A stretch of DNA of 64,000 nt from a virus (taxonomy: Duplodnaviria; Caudoviricetes), in IMG/VR virus record IMGVR_UViG_3300030419_004766, positions 1,945-65,944 of that record; one strand, 5' to 3'. The notes beneath the pieces were generated by a model. It searched no databases and was not told the DNA's origin. It saw nothing but the letters and a program-made list of their open reading frames with translations. Below are positions 17,762-27,082 of this stretch, one piece after another. A program made the translations under genes and the position numbers. Each line of letters begins with the position of its first letter. Positions within the stretch are counted from its first letter, which is position 1.

Positions 17762-18635
17762 ACAAGGCTCTGTTCACGGCGGCTTATACGTTATCGACGT
17801 AGATAGTGATGAGGTTCTGGAATACGTTCCATATGCTGGAGATTTCGATAACGAGAATACAAGAGGTGGAGAACGAGGTCTTAGAGGAATAGCCGTCCTA
17901 GAAGACAGAATTATAGTTGCTGACTCTAGCGGACTTATTCAACTAGACAAAGAAACATACACGGTTACCAAAGAAAAGAGAGATAGAGGATTTTTCAAAT
18001 CAATACATGAAATTTGCTATTTTGACAAACACATTTGGGTCACCTCCACTGGATATGACGCTGTTGCTAAGATAGATTTAGATTTTAATTTGGTAGAATT
18101 TTGGGAAATATTAGGGGAAAGCAAAGACGACCACAAGATATTTACTGGTAAGAGACAGATTGATCCTGAAGAAGCAAAACCGGATGACAAATATCATATT
18201 AACTCAATTTCTGCCTTTTCTGGCAGACTGGTATTCTCTGGGTTGATAACTAGTCTATACGATTTTGAATCCATGGATGTTGCAGAACCTATGCCAGAAA
18301 TAGAAGGAATAAAAAGCTTTCAGCACAACTTTTACGAATACGATGACTGCTCATTAATTAACATGACAAGCCTGAAACACTTGGGAGTTATAAAAGACGG
18401 ACAATCTAGATTTTTTCCTATTCCAGCTACCCATTATGCTAAATTTTCAATTGATAAGATAGCAGAAAATAACTGGAATAGAGGGTTGACTAGAGGCGGA
18501 AATTATGCTATAGTAGGTTCTTCCCCTGCTCGATTGTTATTGTTTGACATGAATAAGCTTGAATTTGTCAAACAACTGCAAATAGAAGAAGACATTAAAC
18601 ACTGTATACACGGTTTAGAAATTTTAGAGGTATAG
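17724..18635 (+). CDS. Beta-propeller-like hypothetical protein (paralogue of 61761-62771)
   Basis: Shares HGGLY, GG.RGLRG, HEI and VG.SPA with the later ORF. Confidence 0.65.
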   Translation: MKVICSTVIRAAEQGSVHGGLYVIDVDSDEVLEYVPYAGDFDNENTRGGERGLRGIAVLEDRIIVADSSGLIQLDKETYTVTKEKRDRGFFKSIHEICYFDKHIWVTSTGYDAVAKIDLDFNLVEFWEILGESKDDHKIFTGKRQIDPEEAKPDDKYHINSISAFSGRLVFSGLITSLYDFESMDVAEPMPEIEGIKSFQHNFYEYDDCSLINMTSLKHLGVIKDGQSRFFPIPATHYAKFSIDKIAENNWNRGLTRGGNYAIVGSSPARLLLFDMNKLEFVKQLQIEEDIKHCIHGLEILEV

Positions 18636-18637
18636 CA

Positions 18638-19135
18638 ATGCTACGCAGAGAATTTTTAAAGATTGGGGCCATGGCTGCTGCAACTATTCCATTCATTGGT
18701 ACTGACACTTCGGAAGCCGCCGATGTTCAAATCTTTGTACGAAACATTGAACACTCTATCGACACACACAGACTAAACCAATCAGCACACTTATATATTA
18801 ATCAGTTTTACTATCCAAATCCAATGATCTGGGTATGGACTCCTCACGGCTGGACGATTCAAGCACAACCAGTTTACTACAGAAGCAATCTAAGCTTCCA
18901 AGGACACTTGCAAGGCTATCGACAGCTAGTCCAACGAAGAGACAACATTAAACAAATTTCAATAAATGATGCCGATTGTATTTATATTCTAGAAGACGGA
19001 ACTATTAAAATTTACGACAAGAGACAAAAGGCAGTTACTTCGTCTTCTGTAATTCCTAATTACGCTGCCGGTCTTGGGAGGATAGATGCACACTACAGAA
19101 GTAGATCTAGGAATCTGGGAAGAACCAGTAAATAG
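18638..19135 (+). CDS. Putative Tat-exported protein
   Basis: LRREFLK twin-arginine motif, hydrophobic stretch, SEA-A cleavage site. Confidence 0.6.
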   Translation: MLRREFLKIGAMAAATIPFIGTDTSEAADVQIFVRNIEHSIDTHRLNQSAHLYINQFYYPNPMIWVWTPHGWTIQAQPVYYRSNLSFQGHLQGYRQLVQRRDNIKQISINDADCIYILEDGTIKIYDKRQKAVTSSSVIPNYAAGLGRIDAHYRSRSRNLGRTSK

Positions 19136-19457
19136 AATAGTAAATCACTTTGGGTTTCAAGGTGGTAAAAAACAGGCTTTGTTAAAAGACATAGCCCTAT
19201 TTAAAAAGCTTGATTCTAAATACGGCTGCTTTGGTTTCAATGGGGTCAAAAAGATTCTAGAAATCAATAAAAGTGATATAAACACTTTGTCAGTGGCTGC
19301 AAAAATTTTAGGATTCAGAGGAGAGTACACCGTGTGCAAGCCAGACAAGGTGGGCAGGATGGTAGAAGAAGAGTTTGATTTGTGCATCGTCAGGAAACAA
19401 GGACATACCAAATTAATAAAGGATGTTAAAGCTACATATTCTTTAAGAGCATATTAG
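19086..19457 (+). CDS. Hypothetical protein
   Basis: 123-aa ORF. Confidence 0.55.
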   Translation: MHTTEVDLGIWEEPVNRIVNHFGFQGGKKQALLKDIALFKKLDSKYGCFGFNGVKKILEINKSDINTLSVAAKILGFRGEYTVCKPDKVGRMVEEEFDLCIVRKQGHTKLIKDVKATYSLRAY

Positions 19458-19458
19458 T

Positions 19459-19566
19459 ATGGGTAAAACAGTACGAAAGCAAAGTAAAAAAGAAAAACGT
19501 CAGCAAAAGCTAAAAAGACAAGCAAGGCAAAAAAGACGTGTTGCACAACCGGCCAAGCTGGGATGA
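19459..19566 (+). CDS. 35-aa highly basic peptide (not in ORF track)
   Basis: MGKTVRKQSKKEKRQQKLKRQARQKRRVAQPAKLG fills the gap. Confidence 0.4.
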   Translation: MGKTVRKQSKKEKRQQKLKRQARQKRRVAQPAKLG

Positions 19567-20020
19567 GTATTTTATGGGTATGGCGTATTATGCGTCCATA
19601 CGCAGTCACGATTCACAGACAAAAGTGGGATGCGTAATAGTTGGCAGCCCCAATATAGTTGTCGGAGTTGGGTATAACGGATTCTGCTCAGGAGTTAAAG
19701 AGGACGATTTGCCAACGACAAGACCCGGCAAGTATCCTTTTATTGTGCATGCAGAAGCAAACGCTGTTAGCAACTTGGTTGTTAGACAGATAGACTCCTA
19801 TAAGGCTTATATTACACATCTTCCTTGTGCTAATTGTGCTAAACTATTGTGGCAAACCGGCGTCATGGAATGGTATGTTCCAAAAAACTCAAAGGCTCAT
19901 GGAGAGGCAGAAGAAGATAAAATCGTATATGATCATCTTATAGATAATGGTCTAGAAATAACATATCTTGATTCCAATATAGTGTATAATATCTTAGATG
20001 GCATCAAGAATATTTCATAA
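19538..20020 (+). CDS. dCMP deaminase
   Basis: RPSWDEYFM, HAEANA and PCANC zinc motifs. Confidence 0.9.
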   Translation: MLHNRPSWDEYFMGMAYYASIRSHDSQTKVGCVIVGSPNIVVGVGYNGFCSGVKEDDLPTTRPGKYPFIVHAEANAVSNLVVRQIDSYKAYITHLPCANCAKLLWQTGVMEWYVPKNSKAHGEAEEDKIVYDHLIDNGLEITYLDSNIVYNILDGIKNIS

Positions 20021-20441
20021 CGGCCCACCTCTGTGGGCGAGAAAGAAACGCATGCAACAGCCCCCAAAAGGTATCACCACCGATGTAAAATTAGTAAGAG
20101 TAATCGATGGGGATACAGTAGATGTAGAAATAACTAGAAAAGTACGTGTGAGACTTCTTGATTGTTACGCTCCAGAAACTCGCACGACAGACCGAGAAGA
20201 AAAAATCAGGGGTTACGAATCGAAAAAATATCTTCACGACATGCTGACTGAAGTATTCTACAACGATTTAGCTTCAAGGAAGAAAAAAAAGATAACATTA
20301 TTCATCCCTGCCGATGAAGAAGGAGAGATCAAAGACAATTTTACTTTCAACAGAGTTTTAGGAAGATTATTTATAAATGGGGAAGATGTTTCTGAGCGCA
20401 TGGTAGAGGCTGGGAAGGCAACTGCAAAAGATGAATCTTAA
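19998..20441 (+). CDS. Thermonuclease (SNase-like)
   Basis: RVIDGDTV, VRLLDCYAPE and RVLG motifs. Confidence 0.85.
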   Translation: MASRIFHNGPPLWARKKRMQQPPKGITTDVKLVRVIDGDTVDVEITRKVRVRLLDCYAPETRTTDREEKIRGYESKKYLHDMLTEVFYNDLASRKKKKITLFIPADEEGEIKDNFTFNRVLGRLFINGEDVSERMVEAGKATAKDES

Positions 20442-20604
20442 GGGTACTAAAAGGGAAAAGCCATTCACCTTAAAACTGGCTAACGGAAAAGAAAAGTCTT
20501 TCAGAACTGGTTCTGAAATGCAAGGCTGGTACGCGAAGAACAAAGACCATCATCAATCAAGAAAAAATAAAAGACCCAAAAAGGGTTCTAAAAATAAACA
20601 GTAG
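20431..20604 (+). CDS. 57-aa basic hypothetical protein (not in ORF track)
   Basis: MNLKGTKREKPFTLKLANGKEKSF...KKGSKNKQ fills the gap before nrdJ. Confidence 0.5.
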   Translation: MNLKGTKREKPFTLKLANGKEKSFRTGSEMQGWYAKNKDHHQSRKNKRPKKGSKNKQ

Positions 20605-20609
20605 GAACA

Positions 20610-22793
20610 ATGTCTGTAAAAGAATTAGAGAGCTATACGTTTGTTTCTAAATATGCAAGATGGATACCGGAAAAGAAGAGAAGGGAGACTTGGAAAGAGT
20701 CAGTTGATCGTGTCAAACAAATGATGCTGGACCAGTATCCTGAAGCTAAAAAGGATATTGAGTGGGCTTATGATATGATGCACACCAAAAGGGTGCTAGG
20801 CTCTCAGCGTGCATTACAATTTGGTGGCTCTCCAATTGTAAAACATAATGCTAGGGTTTATAACTGTATAGCATCTTTTATAGATCGCCCAAGATTTTTT
20901 CAAGAGTGCATGTATCTTCTATTGTGTGGATGTGGCACTGGATTTTCTGTTCAGAAGCACCATGTAGAAAAACTACCCAAGCTGGTCCATAAGAAAGAAG
21001 GCAGCAAGAAATTCACCATTCCAGATACAATAGAGGGATGGTCTGATGCTGTTGGAGTTTTAGTCAGTAGCTACTTAGAAGACTCTGGCTTGTTTCCAGA
21101 GTACGAAGGAAAGAATGTAACCTTTGATTACTCCGAGATCAGACCAGCAGGCTCCTTCCTAAGCTCAAGCTCTGGCAAGGCTCCCGGTCCAGAACCTCTG
21201 AAAAAAGCCTTAACAAGTATTAAGAAAGTTTTAGACAAGGCGTTAAAGGATGCTCTATTTTCAAATAGAAAGCTGAGACCTATAGATGTCTACGATGTTG
21301 TTATGCATGCTGCTGACGCTGTTATTTCTGGCGGGGTACGCAGAAGTGCTACGATTTGTCTTTTTTCGCCAGACGATGAAGAGATGGCATTGGCAAAGAC
21401 TGGTAATTGGTTTCACGATAATCCTCAACGTGGCCGGTCTAATAATTCTGCTCTTTTACTACGGGGTTCAACGACTCCTGAACAATTTTCTTCTTTAATG
21501 CAGTCAGTGAAGGAGTTTGGAGAGCCGGGTTTTGTATGGGCAGATTCCACAGAGTTTGTTGTTAATCCCTGCGTTGAAATTGGACTTTATCCAATAGATG
21601 ATGAGAGTGGTGAATCAGGATGGCAAGCATGCAATTTAAGCACAATCAACTGTGCCAAAATTAAAACCAAAGAGGAGTTCCTAGAATCTTGTAGAGCGGC
21701 CTCCATCATAGGAACCCTACAAGCTGGCTTTACGTCTATGCCATATCTAGGAGAAACAACAGAGAAGATTCTTCGACGCGAGGCTTTACTGGGTGTTTCC
21801 ATGACAGGCATCATGGAGCGTCACGATATTTGTCTTGATCCCGATGTGCAAAAAGAGGGAGCGAGAGAAGTAAAGAAAGCCAACAAGAATATAGCTAAAA
21901 AGATTGGTATCAATCAAGCTGCCAGAGCCACCTGTGTCAAGCCAGAAGGAACTGCTTCTTGCATTCTTGGAACTAGTTCAGGCATTCATCCGCATCACGC
22001 CAAGAGGTATATCAGGCGCGTACAGGCGAACAAGATGGAAGACATATATCAGCACTTCAAGAAAACAAATCCGAGGGCGTGCGAAGAGTCCGTGTGGTCT
22101 GCAAATGATAGCGATGACGTTGTGTCATTTTGTATTGAAGTTCCTGATGGTTCCAAACTCAAGAATCAAGTTGGGGCCATCGGCCTTTTGGGGTATGTCA
22201 AAAGCACACAGCAAAACTGGGTGATGATAGGCAGAACAGATTCTCTCTGTGCTCAACCATACTTGCAGCACAATGTATCCAACACTATCAACGTAAAACC
22301 GGAAGAGTGGGAAGAAGTAGAGAAGTTCATCTACAAGAATAGAAAATATTTCTGTGGAGTCTCCCTGCTTCCTCTAAGCGGCGATAAGGATTATCCTCAA
22401 GCTCCTTTCACGACAGTGTATCTTCCCAGTGAAATGGTGTCTCATTACGGGGATGGCGCAATGTTTGTAAGCGGCCTTATTGAAGTGGCACTTAATTTAT
22501 GGGAAGATAATCTTTGGGCCGCTTGCGATTCGCTACTAGGTCTAGGACAGAAAGTAAAAGGTAATGGTAAAAAAGCTTGGGCGGATAGATGTCAAAGGTT
22601 TGCCGATAAGTACATGGATGGAAATATTAAACAGTTAACCTACTGCATGAAAGATGTGTACAACTGGAAAGAATGGGTTGACGTTAAGAGATCTTATTCG
22701 TCCGTAGACTACACCGAGTGTATAGAAGAGCAAGACAATACCACCCCAGAGCAGGAACTGGCCTGTGCTGGTGGCGTGTGTGAAATTATCTAG
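20610..22793 (+). CDS. nrdJ: Class II (adenosylcobalamin) ribonucleotide reductase, RTPR-like
   Basis: YNC, NPCVEI, CNL, TCVKPEGT and C-terminal CAGGVCE; no beta-subunit gene adjacent. Confidence 0.85.
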   Translation: MSVKELESYTFVSKYARWIPEKKRRETWKESVDRVKQMMLDQYPEAKKDIEWAYDMMHTKRVLGSQRALQFGGSPIVKHNARVYNCIASFIDRPRFFQECMYLLLCGCGTGFSVQKHHVEKLPKLVHKKEGSKKFTIPDTIEGWSDAVGVLVSSYLEDSGLFPEYEGKNVTFDYSEIRPAGSFLSSSSGKAPGPEPLKKALTSIKKVLDKALKDALFSNRKLRPIDVYDVVMHAADAVISGGVRRSATICLFSPDDEEMALAKTGNWFHDNPQRGRSNNSALLLRGSTTPEQFSSLMQSVKEFGEPGFVWADSTEFVVNPCVEIGLYPIDDESGESGWQACNLSTINCAKIKTKEEFLESCRAASIIGTLQAGFTSMPYLGETTEKILRREALLGVSMTGIMERHDICLDPDVQKEGAREVKKANKNIAKKIGINQAARATCVKPEGTASCILGTSSGIHPHHAKRYIRRVQANKMEDIYQHFKKTNPRACEESVWSANDSDDVVSFCIEVPDGSKLKNQVGAIGLLGYVKSTQQNWVMIGRTDSLCAQPYLQHNVSNTINVKPEEWEEVEKFIYKNRKYFCGVSLLPLSGDKDYPQAPFTTVYLPSEMVSHYGDGAMFVSGLIEVALNLWEDNLWAACDSLLGLGQKVKGNGKKAWADRCQRFADKYMDGNIKQLTYCMKDVYNWKEWVDVKRSYSSVDYTECIEEQDNTTPEQELACAGGVCEII

Positions 22794-22802
22794 GATGTAT
22801 AT

Positions 22803-23282
22803 ATGTTTTTTATAGAACAGTGCGTGGAGGACAACGTAATGGCTATGGCAGACGAAGTGGGGGCGTTGGAGGTTCAATTATTATCAGATAAGGGTACTCT
22901 GCCTTCCAAAGCGAACCGTTTTGATGCTGGGTTTGATTTATACGCTTCTGAGAACGCCTTAATTCACCCAAAAGAAAGACTGCTCGTTAGCACAGACATT
23001 GCTATGGCCATACCCAAAGGGCACGTTGGTCTTATTTGGCCCAGATCAGGACTTGCTGTAAAGAAGGGGGTTGATGTTTTTGCAGGAGTCATTGACTCTG
23101 GGTACAGAGGAGAAGTCAAAGTCTGCCTATATAATTCAGGTAGCGAGATCTTGGAGGTCGAAGAAGGAGACCGGATAGCTCAGCTTTTAATTCAAAAAGC
23201 AGAGAACTATTTTGTCAAAAAGGTGGAAAGTTTGGATGACAGTGAGCGTGGTGACAAAGGTTTTGGTAGTTCTGGCAAATAG
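22803..23282 (+). CDS. dut: dUTPase (trimeric)
   Basis: AGFDL, PRSGLA, GVIDSGYRGE, IAQL and RGDKGFGSSG motifs; start may be later. Confidence 0.93.
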   Translation: MFFIEQCVEDNVMAMADEVGALEVQLLSDKGTLPSKANRFDAGFDLYASENALIHPKERLLVSTDIAMAIPKGHVGLIWPRSGLAVKKGVDVFAGVIDSGYRGEVKVCLYNSGSEILEVEEGDRIAQLLIQKAENYFVKKVESLDDSERGDKGFGSSGK

Positions 23283-23293
23283 AAGAAACTCCT

Positions 23294-23932
23294 ATGAAAA
23301 GAGGCCCAAAGAGATCATTAAAACCGAAAACCCCAAATCAAGCTGAATATATTAGAACAATATCTGAAAACGATATTACATTTTGCGAAGGTCCAGCGGG
23401 GTCTGGTAAAACTAGCGTAGCTGTAGGATTGGCTTGCCAATATCTAAAAGAGGGAAGAGTTCAAAAGATTATAATAACTAGACCGGTTGTTGAATCTGGA
23501 AGAACGGGGCTGGGATTCTTACCGGGAAGTTTTAAAGAAAAGATACATCCATATCTTGTACCTGTTCTAGAAGAAATGAAACTATATCTGACAGATGCTC
23601 AGATTAAAAAGTTTCTTGACGACGACACTATAGAGATCGTTCCTCTAGAATATATGAGAGGTAGAAACTTTCATAACTGCTTCATGATCTTAGATGAGGC
23701 ACAAAATACGACACATGAACAAATCAAAATGTTTATAACTCGTATAGGTAGAAAATCTAAGGCGGTTGTAAACGGGGATATAGAGCAAAGCGACTTACCA
23801 CCTAACGCTAGAGGGGCGCTAGAAAACTGTTTGGATAAATTAGAAGACACAAACTTAGTAGGGATCGTAGAGTTGACAGAAGACGATATTGTTAGAAATA
23901 GAATTATATCTGCAATATTATCTAAATTATAA
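23294..23932 (+). CDS. phoH: PhoH family protein
   Basis: GPAGSGKT, EYMRGRNF, DEAQN and GDIEQSDL motifs. Confidence 0.93.
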   Translation: MKRGPKRSLKPKTPNQAEYIRTISENDITFCEGPAGSGKTSVAVGLACQYLKEGRVQKIIITRPVVESGRTGLGFLPGSFKEKIHPYLVPVLEEMKLYLTDAQIKKFLDDDTIEIVPLEYMRGRNFHNCFMILDEAQNTTHEQIKMFITRIGRKSKAVVNGDIEQSDLPPNARGALENCLDKLEDTNLVGIVELTEDDIVRNRIISAILSKL

Positions 23933-24006
23933 GCCCTTGTAGCTCAACAGGATAGAGCAACGGTCTTCTAAACCGTAGGTTGCAGGTTCGAGTCCTGCCG
24001 AGGGTG
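23933..24006 (+). tRNA. tRNA-Arg (anticodon UCU)
   Basis: Acceptor GCCCTTG/CGAGGGT, anticodon arm ACGGT-CTTCTAA-ACCGT, T arm GCAGG-TTCGAGT-CCTGC; CCA not encoded. Confidence 0.95.
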
Positions 24007-24029
24007 CGTGCATCCACGTCTATTGGACG

Positions 24030-24039
24030 GTATAATATA
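24030..24039 (+). promoter_or_regulatory. Putative -10-only promoter GTATAATATA
   Basis: Intergenic; followed by AAAGGAGG SD and ATG 24054. Confidence 0.45.
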
Positions 24040-24053
24040 TAAAGGAGGAAACC

Positions 24054-24458
24054 ATGCCCGATTCGCTTAAGACATTAATAGTAGATTGCGATGGGGTGAT
24101 AGCTGACAAGAATCATGGAGGGGATTATAGCAAGGCAGGACCACTACAACATGGAATAGACCAAGTTAATAAGCTTTATGATATGGGCTATACCATTACT
24201 TTGTATACTGCCAGATATGGGGACAGAGAAAAGGGAAATATCAACAGACAGTACGAGCGTGGATATAGGGAATGGACAGACTGGCTTGCAGACCACGGTG
24301 TTAAATATCATCACGCCTACATGGGGAAACCTGCTGGCGTAATGTATATCGATGACAAGGCTGCTAGGGTTCGTGGAGACGACGAATTCGGCTGGTCAGA
24401 GGTTTGGGAGGAAGTATCTAATCTAGAAGGCAAGGATAGATATGGAAATCCAAAATGA
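24054..24458 (+). CDS. HAD-superfamily phosphatase (capsule-biosynthesis type)
   Basis: VDCDGVI, TAR, and GKPAGVMYIDDKA motifs. Confidence 0.8.
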   Translation: MPDSLKTLIVDCDGVIADKNHGGDYSKAGPLQHGIDQVNKLYDMGYTITLYTARYGDREKGNINRQYERGYREWTDWLADHGVKYHHAYMGKPAGVMYIDDKAARVRGDDEFGWSEVWEEVSNLEGKDRYGNPK

Positions 24459-24787
24459 ATATAGTAAGGCTGTTTGAAAAGTATTCTTTAGTAATAGCCT
24501 ATGCTCAGTTGTGGCTTTTTATAGGGTTTGCATCTGCTGTTGATATATACGTTTCTATACAAACTCAGGAATATCTATACGAACTAGAGGTCAACCCAGT
24601 TGGTCGATGGCTGATTGAATTGGATGACGGAGATATTGCTTTATTCATGGGCGTGAAAATGGCCGGGACTACACTGGCTCTAGGGTGCTTAGTTTGGCTG
24701 TATAACTTGAAGCCATCATGGGCTTGGCCATCTATCTTTGGCGTGGCTATTATGCAGCTATTTGTCCTATGGAGTCTACAACGATGA
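24455..24787 (+). CDS. Multi-TM membrane protein (DUF5658-like)
   Basis: Three hydrophobic segments; D..(T/S)...E.NP motif. Confidence 0.55.
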   Translation: MNIVRLFEKYSLVIAYAQLWLFIGFASAVDIYVSIQTQEYLYELEVNPVGRWLIELDDGDIALFMGVKMAGTTLALGCLVWLYNLKPSWAWPSIFGVAIMQLFVLWSLQR

Positions 24788-25071
24788 AGCTGTTTGGAAT
24801 CAGCATTTTTCCCACTAAGAAATTTGCTAGATTAAATAAGAGATATTCTTTGAAAACTGACGATGGAAAACCTTTTAAACTCCTAAAAGAAGAACAATGT
24901 CACGAAATTATTGAAGTGTCAAACAAGGCAAGTATGGTTGGCGGTAATGTAGTTGATCATTTATGCAAACAAATTATTAATATGAGACGTTTGTGCGAAC
25001 AAATTGTAGAAGAGAAAAACAACACAAGTTCACAAAACAAAATAATTAAAGATATAGAACAGATAATATAA
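24784..25071 (+). CDS. Hypothetical protein
   Basis: ATGA-coupled start at 24784 (MKLFG). Confidence 0.5.
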   Translation: MKLFGISIFPTKKFARLNKRYSLKTDDGKPFKLLKEEQCHEIIEVSNKASMVGGNVVDHLCKQIINMRRLCEQIVEEKNNTSSQNKIIKDIEQII

Positions 25072-25439
25072 TGCCAACTTATGAATACAAGTGTGGCGCT
25101 TGCGATCATGGCTTTGAGACAGTTCAATCCATGAAAGATAAAGCAAAAAAAAAGTGTCCAGAATGCGGAAAACATAAATTAAAGCGCGTTTTTGGCACCC
25201 CATTTGTTTTTGTAAAAGGGGAACCCCAAACAATTGGACATTGGGCTGACAGAAATACAGAAAAAATGGGAAGATACGAGCTTGGAGATAAGCTTGGTCA
25301 GCGTGAAGAGGCTAATAAAAAGGCCAAGGGAAATAATAAAAAACCTTGGTACGCTGAAAACTCTACAGCAAGCAAAAAAGAAATCAAAAAAATGACGCCA
25401 GAACAAAAGATAAATTATATTAAGAAAGGAACCAAGTAA
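25071..25439 (+). CDS. FmdB-family zinc-ribbon protein
   Basis: MPTYEYKCGACDHGFE...CPECG motif. Confidence 0.85.
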   Translation: MPTYEYKCGACDHGFETVQSMKDKAKKKCPECGKHKLKRVFGTPFVFVKGEPQTIGHWADRNTEKMGRYELGDKLGQREEANKKAKGNNKKPWYAENSTASKKEIKKMTPEQKINYIKKGTK

Positions 25440-25660
25440 TGGCTGGAGACGCTCCGTATAAAGCTATTGTAACAATGGAAATATCCATTCACGAAGTTCT
25501 AAAAACCGGAGAGTGTTCTGGCAGCAAGATGCCATTAGAAGAAATGAATAGATATGGAATTAAATCTAAAAAAATTCCCGTGGTTGTAAAAGGGAAAAAT
25601 AAATACGACTGTGTGAAGAATCTTATCAATAAAATACAAGAATTTCACGATGGATCATAA
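25439..25660 (+). CDS. Hypothetical protein
   Basis: Coupled 73-aa ORF. Confidence 0.55.
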   Translation: MAGDAPYKAIVTMEISIHEVLKTGECSGSKMPLEEMNRYGIKSKKIPVVVKGKNKYDCVKNLINKIQEFHDGS

Positions 25661-25662
25661 CT

Positions 25663-25962
25663 ATGGTAGAATTTTTTGAAAAAGACCCAAAAGAATCTCA
25701 AGACCCAATCAACGCTGAACCACTACAGTTAGACTGCTCTAATTGTGGGGCTGCTTTAGTAAAAGTTATGAAAAAACAACACGCTCCAACATCAGTAACG
25801 GTCAAAGCGAACTGCTGTTTTTGCGGCGATAGCAGTTTTACGAAGGAAGTGTCTGGAGCTTTTTACATGGTTCCCTCCGAAGGCGTGCAACTGGTAGGAG
25901 CTATGGACACGGGAGATTCTAAAAGATTTATAATCGAAACAAAGGAATCCGGCGATGGCTAG
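25663..25962 (+). CDS. Hypothetical zinc-ribbon protein
   Basis: CSNC and CCFC motifs. Confidence 0.55.
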   Translation: MVEFFEKDPKESQDPINAEPLQLDCSNCGAALVKVMKKQHAPTSVTVKANCCFCGDSSFTKEVSGAFYMVPSEGVQLVGAMDTGDSKRFIIETKESGDG

Positions 25963-26311
25963 GCACGAACACGAAAAACTAGATTTTGATCTGCCAGAAC
26001 CAGTCAAAACATCTTCTTTTGGATATACGGAATACGCTAAAGCGTGCCAAATTGATGATAGCAAGTGTTATGCAAAAAGACTTCAAAGAGAGAAGGGATC
26101 AGACATTTCTTCTGCCTATTATCTAAAATTTGGCCGAGGTAGAATTTTTGATCCGTGGGGCACTTATGCAGGAAGAGAGAAGACTGGCGACTGGGATTGG
26201 AAAAAAGTTTCATACTCTGTCTGGTCAAGATACATTAGATATTTATCAAGCAGAAATAGTAGGCACTTAACCCACGCAGAGAGGATGATTATCGATGACA
26301 GCCAAAAATAA
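25955..26311 (+). CDS. Hypothetical protein
   Basis: Coupled 118-aa ORF. Confidence 0.6.
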   Translation: MARHEHEKLDFDLPEPVKTSSFGYTEYAKACQIDDSKCYAKRLQREKGSDISSAYYLKFGRGRIFDPWGTYAGREKTGDWDWKKVSYSVWSRYIRYLSSRNSRHLTHAERMIIDDSQK

Positions 26312-26624
26312 AGGGCCTCTAACCAAAGTGGAAAAATTTTATATTGACAACAATAAAAATAAAAAAATCGAGGAGCTAGCTGAAGATTTATCTAGAACAA
26401 AAAAGACTATCAAAAAATATTTAGATACAATAGTTGATTCTAGTGAAGCTAGCCATATAGCTAAAGCAAAGTCTGATTCTCCAACCGCAGGAGATATGAT
26501 GCTTAAAAATGAAAGATATGGCGTTTCCATTATGACACAAGAAGCTTCCATGAATGGAGACGCAACCGCAGTAAAGAGTAACAAGTTTAATCCAAGTTTT
26601 CTACACAAGATAAAGGATGACTAA
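26295..26624 (+). CDS. Hypothetical protein with possible HTH
   Basis: IEELAEDLSRTKKTIKKYL helix-turn-helix-like segment. Confidence 0.55.
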   Translation: MTAKNKGPLTKVEKFYIDNNKNKKIEELAEDLSRTKKTIKKYLDTIVDSSEASHIAKAKSDSPTAGDMMLKNERYGVSIMTQEASMNGDATAVKSNKFNPSFLHKIKDD

Positions 26625-27082
26625 TGGTTTTTATATGTACAGAGCCTGATCTGTATATAGCCCAAATGTTCGAATGGGGCACTGTTTGGGTAGCGACTTT
26701 GTCAGACGGTAGCGTTGTATACCAAGATGACGACAGAGAAAATGTAGAGCCAGATAGCGCATGGGAGAGACTAGGAATACACTGTCAAGAAACCGGAACG
26801 CATGTAGTAGACTTTTATGTGCAAAACGGTACAAATAAAATTGAACTCGGAAAAGATAAAGATGGATATTACTTTTGCAAAGGCGCTGGAGGATTTTTGT
26901 ACGGGGGGGACATCACCCACCATTCTTATGTGTGTGGAGTCCTTGAAGATGGTATTCTAAGTATTACATCTTACAATGTTCCTGAGTTGACAGTACAATT
27001 CTCAGAAACCAGAGATCCTGATCAAGCTGGTATCTGTTTGATAACAAAACAAGGTGTGTTAAGTGAGCAAAAAAAGGACTAA
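26624..27082 (+). CDS. Hypothetical protein
   Basis: Coupled 152-aa ORF. Confidence 0.6.
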   Translation: MVFICTEPDLYIAQMFEWGTVWVATLSDGSVVYQDDDRENVEPDSAWERLGIHCQETGTHVVDFYVQNGTNKIELGKDKDGYYFCKGAGGFLYGGDITHHSYVCGVLEDGILSITSYNVPELTVQFSETRDPDQAGICLITKQGVLSEQKKD

